This document shows positions 1-8,882 of a stretch of DNA of 46,932 nt, piece by piece; the stretch's first letter is position 1; each line of letters starts with the position of its first letter. The notes beneath the pieces are model-generated. The model had not been told where the DNA came from and did no database searches. It was given only the letters and a program-made list of their open reading frames with translations. The stretch comes from an uncultured Treponema sp. Lineage in GTDB: Bacteria > Spirochaetota > Spirochaetia > Treponematales > Treponemataceae. The stretch is from assembly GCA_937900125.1 (NCBI GenBank), contig CALCEK010000246.1, positions 1-46,932 on the forward strand, given 5' to 3'. The position numbers and the translations under genes were made by a program.

Positions 1-1
1 C

Positions 2-632
2 CTCGCCCTCTCGTGGGGCAAGTTCTGGCGCATCTCGCTACTGGCGTTGCTCAACTTGTGCGCTGCCGTTACACTCATTTACGGCTACAACTTCATGGCT
101 AGCGGTGCCGCCACCACCATACAATTCTCCTACCCCATCTTCACGTGCCTGATTATGATGATTTTCTTCGGAGAACGGCCGAACCGGCGCGTCATCATTG
201 CCATCGTACTCGCCGTGCTCGGTGTGGCGGCTTTGTCGGGCATCGACCTCGGAGGCAGTAGCAACTTCTCGCTCATCGGTCTCTCACTTGAACTCACGGC
301 AGGACTCACCTACGCCATCTACCTCGTGCTCGTGCCCGTGCTTAAAGTCCGCGAAATGGAAAGTTCGCACCTCACCCTGTGGGTGTTCCTCCTCAGCACC
401 ATCTATATGGCATTGTTCACCGCTTGCACCGGAGGCATACAAGCGATGCCCACCTTTGGTGTGGGTTTGAACTTGGTGTTCCTCGGCTTCATTCCCACTG
501 CCGTATCAAATTTCACCCTCATCCTCGCACTCAGAGACATCGGCAGCACGCTCACCTCAATCCTCGGAGCACTTGAACCCCTCACCGCCATGATTGTCGG
601 CATCGCCGTCTTCCACGAACCATTCACGGTAA
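2..632 (+). pseudogene. EamA/DMT-family transporter fragment; runs in from the window edge and is interrupted near 630
   Basis: Frame is open from base 2 (LALSWGKFWRISLLALLNLC...). EamA motifs ASGAATTIQFSYPIF, FFGERP, GSTLTSILGALEPLTAMIVGIAVFHEPFT; after HEPFTV the last expected TM helix is missing. GC-rich codon style (CTC/GCC/ATC) unlike the rest of the window. Confidence 0.75.
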
Positions 633-650
633 TCATTAAGGTAATTGTCC

Positions 651-1275
651 ACCACGGTAGCCCTGTCGCTTGTACTTGCCATAGCAATATTCATGGTGCT
701 CCCGTACTATGCTTCATCATGGATCATGAAGCTGTTTCACAGTGATTCTTCTGTGCTGCTTGCTGTTATAGAAGGAGTCCTTAAGCTTGCTATTTTTATT
801 GGTTATATAGCAGCCATATCGCTTATGAAAGATATAAAAAGGACATTTATGTATCACGGTTCAGAACACAAGTGCATCAATTGCATAGAGAGCGGACATG
901 AACTGACTGTTGATAATGTCATGGCATCCTCAAAAGAACACAGAAGATGCGGTACAAGCTTCATATTCTTTGTCCTTTTTATAAGTATTATATTCTTTAT
1001 ATTTCTGCATTTTGACAACAGGCTGTTAAGGATAGGAATGAGACTTCTGCTCATACCGGTCATTGCAGGCGTGTCATTTGAGTTCATACAATGGGCAGGC
1101 AATTCTGATTCTAAGCTGGCGGCAATACTCAGCCGTCCGGGTATGTGGATACAGGGACTTACTACGAAGGAACCTGAACGTGATATGGTTGAAGTTGCAA
1201 TAGCTTCGGTTGAAGCAGTATTCGACTGGAGAAATTATTTAAGAGAGCAGGGGATAGAAGTTTCTGAAAAAAGCG
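651..1275 (+). pseudogene. DUF1385 (YqhQ-like) membrane protein fragment, N-terminus missing
   Basis: Motifs FMYHGSEHKCINC, HRRCGTSF, RLLLIPVIAGVSFE, PGMWIQGLTTKEP..MVEVAIAS. No credible start or RBS, and the C-terminus reads into unrelated GC-rich sequence. Boundaries are approximate. Confidence 0.75.
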
Positions 1276-1317
1276 CAGCTGTATCGCAATCGCCTCAGCC
1301 TTCGGGCGCAGAGGAGG

Positions 1318-1431
1318 ATGAAGATGCGGCAGGAGCTGCGCATGAGCCAGATGGACTTGGCGCTGGAGGCTGGCATTTCGCAGGGCTTCCTTGCCATGAT
1401 AGAGACGGGGCGCAAGGTTCCCACGATTCAA
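1318..1431 (+). pseudogene. XRE-family helix-turn-helix fragment
   Basis: MRQELRMSQMDLALEAGISQGFLAMIETGRKVPTI is a typical HTH_3 core. The expected following helix is replaced by unrelated sequence. Confidence 0.65.
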
Positions 1432-1656
1432 GCTGGCAAAAGCCCTGAACGTGCGGGCAGCCGCCCTTATGGAGGACTGCGACACGGGGCGCGAGGAGAA
1501 AAAGAAGCGGATAATCGAGATGATTCAAAAGGATTTGAGACCATTCCATGCTCCCATGATAGCACTCAGGTATGACAAGTCCTGTCGCGGCAGAGCATTT
1601 TTTTGAGAAAATGGGTTGTGTTTGGGAATATTGCGTTTGTTGTGGCGAATTCCTCA

Positions 1657-1821
1657 GTCTTGAGTTCTGAGTTCTGAGTCCTAACTCCTAACTTCTGACT
1701 CCTAACTTCTGACTCCTAACTCCTAACTCCTAACTCCTGACTCCTAACTCCTGACTCCTAACTCCTGACTCCTAACTCCTAACTCCTAACTCCTAACTCC
1801 TAACTCCTAACTCCTGACTCC
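1657..1821. repeat. Heptamer tandem array, about 23 units, consensus CTCCTRA with CTTCTGA and GTTCTGA variants
   Basis: Read directly: 7-bp period from GTCTTGA at 1657 to CTCCTGA at 1811, plus a partial unit. Confidence 0.97.
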
Positions 1822-1840
1822 ATGTGCCTATTGCCCCTCC

Positions 1841-1856
1841 GAATGACGCGCAAATT
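1841..1856. repeat. REP-like element half copy (GAATGACGCGCAAATT)
   Basis: Identical to 23349-23364. Confidence 0.6.
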
Positions 1857-1938
1857 TGTGCTGTTTTTTGTAGGCAAAATTACATTTTTTTTTCATACAT
1901 AACAAGTTTTTATCAAGACAAAAAGGGCTTTTTGATTG

Positions 1939-1950
1939 TATAATAAATGT
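1939..1950 (+). promoter_or_regulatory. -10 box TATAAT 6 nt before the ATG at 1951 (leaderless candidate)
   Basis: TG-TATAAT-aaatgt-ATG with no Shine-Dalgarno. Confidence 0.55.
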
Positions 1951-2568
1951 ATGAAGATGGGAAAACATTTTTTTGTCTTATGTATATTTTTCTCTTTGCT
2001 GACAGGCATTTTGTGCGCACAAGGTTCTAATTTTGCCCCTGCCCCGCAGTCGCAAGCACAAGGACAGCAATCTTCGCCAAATGGGCAACCATCTCCGCCT
2101 ACAAAACCTTCAAATCCTCAAGGCGAACAAAATCAATATTCAGAAAAAACGCCAAATCCGTCAGATTCGCAAAATAATGCAAACTCAAATTCCTATTCTT
2201 ACACGCAAAATCAAAGCGCAGACACTTACCTATATCACGGAAAACGGCTTTACGCAAGCCACGAACCATTTTGCGTAGTTTTGGTAAAATCCACAAAATC
2301 AGAATTGCAAATAATGTTTAACCTTCCCATTGACCCGCGGACATTTACGCACGAATCCATTTTTGTAAACGGAAAACCGCTGGACTTAAGCACAAAAATT
2401 GCCTTTAGCAAAAATGCCAAAACGCTCGTCATTTCTTACGCAATTCCTAAAAGGCAAGAATGTACGCTTTCTTTTAAAAATGTGCAGGCTTGCGACGGCT
2501 CGTATCTTGATAAAGAAGAATTTACAAATTTGATTCAAGGAAAAACCGTTTCCTATTCCGTAAAATAA
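1951..2568 (+). CDS. Secreted protein with Q/P/S/N-rich linker and probable Ig-like C-terminal domain
   Basis: Hydrophobic signal peptide (HFFVLCIFFSLLTGILCAQ), low-complexity linker, then beta-rich LQIMFNLPIDPRTF...VNGKPL...TLVI resembling Big_5/SbsA Ig folds. Start moved to the ATG at 1951. Confidence 0.7.
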   Translation: MKMGKHFFVLCIFFSLLTGILCAQGSNFAPAPQSQAQGQQSSPNGQPSPPTKPSNPQGEQNQYSEKTPNPSDSQNNANSNSYSYTQNQSADTYLYHGKRLYASHEPFCVVLVKSTKSELQIMFNLPIDPRTFTHESIFVNGKPLDLSTKIAFSKNAKTLVISYAIPKRQECTLSFKNVQACDGSYLDKEEFTNLIQGKTVSYSVK

Positions 2569-2583
2569 GGTGTAGAACTAAAA

Positions 2584-5130
2584 ATGAAATCTCTTGCAAA
2601 AAAAATTGCGCTTCAGTTTTGTTCGGTAATCGCACTGCTTGTTATTTCTGTTTCAATTTTGATTTTGCAACTTTTGCGGACAAATATCCGTAGGCAAAAC
2701 GATACAGAAATCACTCGTGCCATTGAAATTTTGTCTGACGCGCAACAAGCGGGACTTTCTTTGTATGAAGCCGAAATCAGCCTTCCCTATTACATTACTT
2801 ACACGCTTTACGATGAAAACACGCAAGATATAACGGCAACAAACGACCCTTTTATTCCAATTTTGCCCGAATCAAATGAAAAATTCACGTTTTACCACAA
2901 AAAAGATTTTTACGCAGACGGCGATTTAGACATTTATTACAAAACAAACGTTCTTCAAGCAGAAAACCAAACCTACACAGTGCAAGTTGGAATTTCTTTA
3001 GACGAAGAAGACACCGCTAATTTTTTAAGCCAGCGGATTTTAGAAGTTGCCATTGCAATAGTCGTTCCGTTGCTTGTAATTTCCTACCTTGCTTCTTTTT
3101 GGATTGCAAAACGCACCTTGCGCCCGGTTGTAAGGATGACAAAAACGGCGGAAAGCATAAGTGCCTACAATTTAGACGTTATGCTCGATGTTACTTCAAA
3201 TAATGACGAACTCGATTCTTTGGCGCGGACTTTTAACAATTTATTTGAACACATAAAAGAAGATTTTAAAGCGGTAAATGCCGCAAATCAGGCAAAATCA
3301 GCATTTTTGAGCAACATGAGCCACGAAATTCGCACACCGATAAACGCGGTGTTAGGCTTAGACGAAATGATTTTGCGTGAAAGCTCAGAAGAAAACGTAA
3401 AAACTTACGCAAAAGACATACAATCAAGCGGAAAATCGCTCCTTGCAATCATAAATGACATTTTGGATTTTAGCAAAATCGAAGCGGGAAAAATGGAAAT
3501 TATCCCCGTTGATTACGATTTGTGTACGATGATTTCTGATTTGTCAAATATGATTTCTGAACGCGCTGAAAAAAAAGGACTCGATTTTATAATCAACATT
3601 GACGATTCTATGCCGCACAAATTACACGGCGATGAAACTCGTGTAAAACAGTGCATTTTAAACATTTTAACAAACGCCGTAAAGTACACAAACGAAGGCT
3701 CGGTAACAATGAGCTTTGGCTTTGCAAAAACAGGCGATTCTTCTATCAAACTAAAAGTGAGTGTAAAGGACACAGGAATCGGAATCAAAGAGGAAGACTT
3801 AAAAAAATTATTTTCGCCATTTGAACGCATAGAAGAACGCAGAAACCGCTCAATCGAAGGCACAGGCTTAGGAATGAGCATTGTAAAAAGCCTACTTTCC
3901 GCAATGAACAGTAAACTTTCGGTGCAAAGCGTTTACGGCTCTGGCAGCACTTTTTCTTTTGAAGTTGAACAGGGCGTTTTAAGCTGGGAAAAATTCGGAA
4001 ACTTTGAAGAACAAAAGAAAAAGCTTCAAAGCAATTCAAAAACCTACACGGAAAGTTTTCAGGCTCCAGAGGCAAAAATTTTGGTTGTAGACGACACCCC
4101 GCTAAACTTAACGGTCATTTGCGGACTTTTAAAAAAGACGCGCATTCAAATTGAAACGGCAGAAAACGGCTCTACTGCGCTACAAATGGCGCGAAAAACG
4201 CCTTACAATATCATTTTTATCGACCACCGAATGCCAAAAATGGACGGCATAGAAATGCTCCACATTTTGCGGGGCGACAACGCAAGCGTAAATCAACACA
4301 CAATTTGCATCGCGCTAACGGCAAACGCAATTTCTGGCGCAAGAGAAATGTACCTAAACGAAGGTTTTGAAGACTATCTTTCAAAGCCCGTTGAATCTGC
4401 CGCCTTAGAACAAGCGATCACGCGCTTTTTGCCCGACAAATTAATTTTGAAAAAAGGCGATGCGGGTTTTGAGGAAGACTCTTCTTCCGCAGAAAAAACG
4501 CTCGATTTTTCCCAAAACACAGAAACTTTTGAGCTTTGGAAAACGCTTTTTTGCCAAGATTTGCAGGAAGCCTTAAAAAATTGCGGCTCAAGCGAAGTCT
4601 TTTTGGAAGCGACAAAAAATTTCGCAGACGCAATAACAGAAAAGGCAAACGCAATCGAATCCTATTGTGCAGAAAAAGATTGGAAAAATTACACAATTCA
4701 AGTTCACGCACTAAAAAGTTCCGCGCGCCTAGTCGGCATTCCCGAACTTTCCGCCCTTGCCCTAAAACTTGAAGAAAAAGGAGATGAAGCCAAGTTGGTG
4801 AGCAAAGAGGCCGAAAGCTTCATTTTGCAAAACACCCCGCCACTTTTGTCACTTTACCGTTCATATTGTAAGCATTTTATGCCTTTTTCTACAGAAATGG
4901 CAGAAAAAAATACGGAAGATGCAAAGGAAACAATTTCTGAATCTCGGTTTAAAGAAGCACTTTCTTCCATAAAAGAATTTGCCGAAGCCTTTGACTTTGA
5001 TGGAATCGACACCATAATAGCAGAACTTAATCGCTTTGAGCTTCCTTTAACTTGCAAAGACCAATTTAAAACTCTAAAAACCGCCGCTCAAAACGTAGAC
5101 CAAGGAGCAATTCTCTCACTCGTATCTTAA
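2584..5130 (+). CDS. Hybrid sensor histidine kinase (2 TM, HAMP, HisKA, HATPase, REC, Hpt)
   Basis: H-box FLSNMSHEIRTPIN, N-box NILTNAVKYT, G1 DTGIGI, G2 GTGLG, REC VVDD...IDHRMPKMDG...SKP, Hpt VHALKSSA. Confidence 0.95.
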   Translation: MKSLAKKIALQFCSVIALLVISVSILILQLLRTNIRRQNDTEITRAIEILSDAQQAGLSLYEAEISLPYYITYTLYDENTQDITATNDPFIPILPESNEKFTFYHKKDFYADGDLDIYYKTNVLQAENQTYTVQVGISLDEEDTANFLSQRILEVAIAIVVPLLVISYLASFWIAKRTLRPVVRMTKTAESISAYNLDVMLDVTSNNDELDSLARTFNNLFEHIKEDFKAVNAANQAKSAFLSNMSHEIRTPINAVLGLDEMILRESSEENVKTYAKDIQSSGKSLLAIINDILDFSKIEAGKMEIIPVDYDLCTMISDLSNMISERAEKKGLDFIINIDDSMPHKLHGDETRVKQCILNILTNAVKYTNEGSVTMSFGFAKTGDSSIKLKVSVKDTGIGIKEEDLKKLFSPFERIEERRNRSIEGTGLGMSIVKSLLSAMNSKLSVQSVYGSGSTFSFEVEQGVLSWEKFGNFEEQKKKLQSNSKTYTESFQAPEAKILVVDDTPLNLTVICGLLKKTRIQIETAENGSTALQMARKTPYNIIFIDHRMPKMDGIEMLHILRGDNASVNQHTICIALTANAISGAREMYLNEGFEDYLSKPVESAALEQAITRFLPDKLILKKGDAGFEEDSSSAEKTLDFSQNTETFELWKTLFCQDLQEALKNCGSSEVFLEATKNFADAITEKANAIESYCAEKDWKNYTIQVHALKSSARLVGIPELSALALKLEEKGDEAKLVSKEAESFILQNTPPLLSLYRSYCKHFMPFSTEMAEKNTEDAKETISESRFKEALSSIKEFAEAFDFDGIDTIIAELNRFELPLTCKDQFKTLKTAAQNVDQGAILSLVS

Positions 5131-5231
5131 ACGCACATTATGTGCGCTGTCGCGCGTTACTAGGGAGGCGCGAGCAAAAAATCCGCCTACGAAACTTTTT
5201 TCAAAAGATAGACTCATTCAGAATAATGCGC

Positions 5232-5264
5232 AAAAAAAAGGGCTTCAACCGAAGCCCTCTTCTT
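5232..5264 (-). terminator. Intrinsic terminator of gap, possibly bidirectional
   Basis: A-run, then AGGGCTTC-aacc-GAAGCCCT, then a pyrimidine tail; lies between convergent genes. Confidence 0.85.
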
Positions 5265-5276
5265 ACTCAGCAAAAA

Positions 5277-6329
5277 TTAGCAGTTTTCTGCAAAGTATTT
5301 AATTGTGCGTACCATCTGGCTGGTGTAGCTGTTTTCATTGTCGTACCAAGAAACAACCTGAACCTCAAACAATCCGTCAGCAATTTTTGTTACCATTGTC
5401 TGGGTTGCGTCAAAGAGTGAACCATAGCGCATTCCGATTACGTCAGAAGAAACAATTTCATCTTCGTTGTAGCCGAATGTTTCTGGGTCAGAAGCCTTTT
5501 TCATTGCCGCATTGATTGCTTCTTTGGTAACATCATCGCCCTTAACAACTGCTGTAAGAATTGTAGTTGAACCTGTTGGAACAGGAACGCGCTGTGCAGA
5601 ACCAATCAATTTTCCGTTCAATTCAGGAATTACAAGACCGATAGCTTTTGCAGCTCCAGTTGAGTTTGGAACAATGTTCTGTGCGCCTGCGCGGCTGCGG
5701 CGGAGGTCACCTTTGCGCTGTGGACCGTCAAGAATCATCTGGTCACCAGTGTAAGCGTGGATTGTTGACATAATTCCGCTCTGAATTGGGAACGCATCAT
5801 TAAGTGCTTTTGCCATAGGAGCCAAGCAGTTTGTTGTGCAACTTGCTGCAGAAATGATATTGTCACCCTTTTTCAAAGTGTTGTGGTTTACATTGTAAAC
5901 GATTGTTGGAAGGTCGTTTCCTGCAGGAGCAGAAATAACAACTTTTTTTGCACCAGCGTCAATGTGAGCCTGACTTTTTGCCTTAGAAACATAGAAACCT
6001 GTACATTCAAGAACTACGTCTACGCCGATTTTTCCCCAAGGAAGGTCAGCAGCATTAGGCATCTTGTAAATAACGATTTTCTTTCCATCAACTACGATGT
6101 AATTATCTTCACCTTCGCCATCATGAGATTCTACAGTATGTTTTCCTTCTCCGATGCGTCCTGCGTATCCGCCTTGTGCTGTATCATATTTCAAAAGATG
6201 AGCAAGCATTTTTGGGCTTGTCAAATCATTGATTGCAACTACTTCATAGCCTTCAGCAGCAAACATCTGGCGGAAAGCCAAACGACCAATACGACCAAAA
6301 CCGTTGATAGCAACTCTAACATTAGCCAT
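5277..6329 (-). CDS. gap: Type I glyceraldehyde-3-phosphate dehydrogenase
   Basis: [19 protein letters not shown] active site, SWYDNE. Confidence 0.99.
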   Translation of the reverse strand: MANVRVAINGFGRIGRLAFRQMFAAEGYEVVAINDLTSPKMLAHLLKYDTAQGGYAGRIGEGKHTVESHDGEGEDNYIVVDGKKIVIYKMPNAADLPWGKIGVDVVLECTGFYVSKAKSQAHIDAGAKKVVISAPAGNDLPTIVYNVNHNTLKKGDNIISAASCTTNCLAPMAKALNDAFPIQSGIMSTIHAYTGDQMILDGPQRKGDLRRSRAGAQNIVPNSTGAAKAIGLVIPELNGKLIGSAQRVPVPTGSTTILTAVVKGDDVTKEAINAAMKKASDPETFGYNEDEIVSSDVIGMRYGSLFDATQTMVTKIADGLFEVQVVSWYDNENSYTSQMVRTIKYFAENC

Positions 6330-6367
6330 AAAAAAATAACTCCTATAAAAAAGAATTTTATGCTTCT

Positions 6368-6396
6368 ATGATACTTCAATATTTCAAATAATTCAA
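6368..6396 (-). promoter_or_regulatory. Sigma70-type promoter of gap
   Basis: Minus strand TTGAAT-17 nt-TATCAT; AGGAG RBS before the ATG. Confidence 0.6.
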
Positions 6397-6546
6397 GTTA
6401 ATTTATGTAATTATTCTAAAGATTATTGCCCTTTATGCCGATAAAGGCTAAAATTTAAACAAAAATGGAAGTTGTTTAAGCGTCTATTTAATATGTCATT
6501 CTGTTTATTTTGTAACAGCTCCCATTTTTAACGAAGCACTAAAAAA

Positions 6547-7329
6547 ATGACGAATCTTGAAAAATATTATAACAAATTCAACGAAGAACACCGACTTTTA
6601 ACGCGACACGGTCAGGTGGAATACCTAACAGCGCAAAAATACATTCACGCTTACCTTCCAAAAGAAAAATCTGCAAATATTTTGGACATTGGCGCGGGAA
6701 CTGGGCGATATTCCGTTCCGCTTTCAGAAGAAGGGCATTCTGTTACCGCCGTGGAACTTGTAAAGCGCAATCTTGAAATCCTTGAAAAAAAACATTCAAA
6801 AGTAAACTGTTGGCCAGGAAACGCGCTAGACCTTTCATTTTTGCCCGAAAATAAATTTGACCTTACGCTAATTTTTGGACCGCTGTACCATCTTCATTCG
6901 CAAGAAGAGCGACTAAAAGTTTTTGCAGAAGCAAAGCGTGTTACCAAAACAAGCGGAATTATAATGGCTTCCTACATTATGAATGAGTATAGCGTTTTAA
7001 CCTATTGTTTTAAGGAGGGACACGTAAAGGAATGTCTTTCGGAAGGACTTCTTTCTGAGGATTTTCACACGATTCCACAAAAAGATTCCCTTTATTCCTA
7101 TCTGAGATTGGAGGATATTGACGAATTAAACAAAAAGTCAAATCTAAAAAGAATAAAAATCGTTTCCGAAGATTCAAGTGCGGACTATATTCGGCAAACA
7201 CTCAATTCAATGGACGAAGAAACGTTTAAAATCTACTTACAATATCATTTTTCCATTTGTGAACGCCCAGAGCTACTAGGAGCGAGTTCCCACACCCTAG
7301 ATATTTTGCAAAACACCATAGAATCATAG
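6547..7329 (+). CDS. Class I SAM-dependent methyltransferase
   Basis: Motif I ILDIGAGTGRYS, VTAVEL, FDLTLIFGPLYHL. Confidence 0.9.
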   Translation: MTNLEKYYNKFNEEHRLLTRHGQVEYLTAQKYIHAYLPKEKSANILDIGAGTGRYSVPLSEEGHSVTAVELVKRNLEILEKKHSKVNCWPGNALDLSFLPENKFDLTLIFGPLYHLHSQEERLKVFAEAKRVTKTSGIIMASYIMNEYSVLTYCFKEGHVKECLSEGLLSEDFHTIPQKDSLYSYLRLEDIDELNKKSNLKRIKIVSEDSSADYIRQTLNSMDEETFKIYLQYHFSICERPELLGASSHTLDILQNTIES

Positions 7330-7331
7330 TT

Positions 7332-8237
7332 TTAGAGATTTTGTTTTTCTAAATACGATTTTATGTAATTTAGGACAAAGCGTTTGTTTGCACACCAGGC
7401 GGGTGCAATTAAAAGTTTTTTAGGGCCATCCCCCGTTATACGATGAATCACAATTTCTTTGGGCAAGCGTTTTAAACATTCAGCTAAAAATTCGCAATAT
7501 TCATCTAAAGTTGGAAGATAAAATGCCTCTTTTTGATACTGATTTGCCATTTTTGTGCCACGCAAAATTTGCAAAAGTTGGATTTTTATTCCGTCAAGGC
7601 GCGGAGAAAGTTGTGCAAGGTAATCAATGGTTTTAAGCATATCACTTTTGCTCTCATTCGGAAGGAACAAAATTATGTGAACAATTACATAAAGTCCCGC
7701 ATTTTTTAGTTTTAAATAAGAATCTTCAAAAAGTTCTAGGCTGTACCCGCGTCCAAACGCCAAAGCACTAGCCTTATGTATAGTCTGTAATCCCAGTTCC
7801 ACCCAAACGGGTTTTATTTGATTAAGAAAAATCAGCAAATCCAAAATTTCTTTTGGAATACAATCTGGGCGAGTTGCAATAGAAATTGCCACAATATCCT
7901 TGCGTTTTGCCGCTTTTAAAAAAATCGGCTTTAAATACTCAACAGGTGCATAGGTATTTGTAAAAGATTGAAAATAAGCTATGTATTTTCGATTTTCCTT
8001 TGGAATTGATTTTGGGATTTTTTTGTCAACACGCAATTTTGCCTTTTCAATTTGCACATCAATGTCTTCAAAGGGAGTGGCAAATTCGCCCGAACCTCCC
8101 GCAGAACAAAATGAACAACCTTCCGTTCCGAGTTTTCCATCTCGTGTAGGGCAGGTGCAACCCGTACTTAGCGAAAGTTTATAGACTTTTGTCCCAAAAA
8201 CAGTTTTTGCGTATTCGTCAAAACTGCAATAGTGCAA
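7332..8237 (-). CDS. TIGR01212 (YhcC/YtqA-like) radical SAM protein
   Basis: CTCPTRDG..G..GCSFC, YFQSFTNTY, IATRPDC, VELGLQT, IHRITGD. TTG start after an AGGGG RBS. Confidence 0.92.
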   Translation of the reverse strand: MHYCSFDEYAKTVFGTKVYKLSLSTGCTCPTRDGKLGTEGCSFCSAGGSGEFATPFEDIDVQIEKAKLRVDKKIPKSIPKENRKYIAYFQSFTNTYAPVEYLKPIFLKAAKRKDIVAISIATRPDCIPKEILDLLIFLNQIKPVWVELGLQTIHKASALAFGRGYSLELFEDSYLKLKNAGLYVIVHIILFLPNESKSDMLKTIDYLAQLSPRLDGIKIQLLQILRGTKMANQYQKEAFYLPTLDEYCEFLAECLKRLPKEIVIHRITGDGPKKLLIAPAWCANKRFVLNYIKSYLEKQNL

Positions 8238-8246
8238 ATTTAGCCC

Positions 8247-8861
8247 CTACTCGTCCTTTTTTCTGTCAAAATAACCTGATTGTTCCAAATAGGCACGGCG
8301 ACTCATCACCAAATTTATCAATTCCTGATACATATTAAAATCGACTTCAAGCGCAATCGGAAAAATAAAATATTCGGTTTCGTCACAATAGCGTTCAATA
8401 AATTCGGCACTTGTTACAAAACCCAAACTTATCATATTGCTGATTCTGTCTGCGCATTTTAGGAGTTTTGCTTTGTGGCTTGCATTTGTAAGGACTTCGC
8501 GGAGATAATCGTTTTTAAGTTGCCCCGGGCGTTTTGTAACTTCAAGAACGAGCTTTAAAACCTCCTCCCCTTCTTCGTCCGCATTCCGAATTAAATTTTG
8601 GTCAAAACCAGGAATATCTTCTACAACATCGTGAATACAACTCGCCTTTAACAAAACGCTGTCAATGTAACCATAGTCAATAAGAATCCCCAAAGTGTCA
8701 ATTTGGTGTCGGAACATATTTCCGCCCGCAAAACGTGCTTTTCCAATAAGTTGCGTTCCTAATTGCATATAAGGAGCAATGGAAATGCCCCTAAGCTGCA
8801 ACATATGCTCTTTATCCATTTGACTTGGTTTTTCCGTTGCCATGTCGAATTTTTTTCCCAT
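8247..8861 (-). CDS. Stand-alone HD-domain protein of RelA/SpoT-hydrolase (Mesh1/SAH-like) type
   Basis: R...G.MFRH, HDVVED, VLEVTK and KCADRISN match HD_4 hydrolase motifs; no synthetase domain. Confidence 0.75.
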   Translation of the reverse strand: MGKKFDMATEKPSQMDKEHMLQLRGISIAPYMQLGTQLIGKARFAGGNMFRHQIDTLGILIDYGYIDSVLLKASCIHDVVEDIPGFDQNLIRNADEEGEEVLKLVLEVTKRPGQLKNDYLREVLTNASHKAKLLKCADRISNMISLGFVTSAEFIERYCDETEYFIFPIALEVDFNMYQELINLVMSRRAYLEQSGYFDRKKDE

Positions 8862-8882
8862 AAGCCTCTCCTTAAAATTTTC

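Noticed and set aside
47..1575. ORFs 47-745, 645-1448 and 1318-1575 as intact proteins or an operon
   Set aside because: Each loses family similarity abruptly and reads through a junction into unrelated sequence.
1657..1821. Telomeric repeat
   Set aside because: The unit CTCCTAA is not CCCTAA, it is degenerate and internal, and the flanks are bacterial.
6547..8237. Methyltransferase and radical SAM gene as a YtqA/YtqB-like pair
   Set aside because: The genes are convergent rather than co-transcribed, and I cannot assign the methyltransferase to the YtqB/MnmM family.
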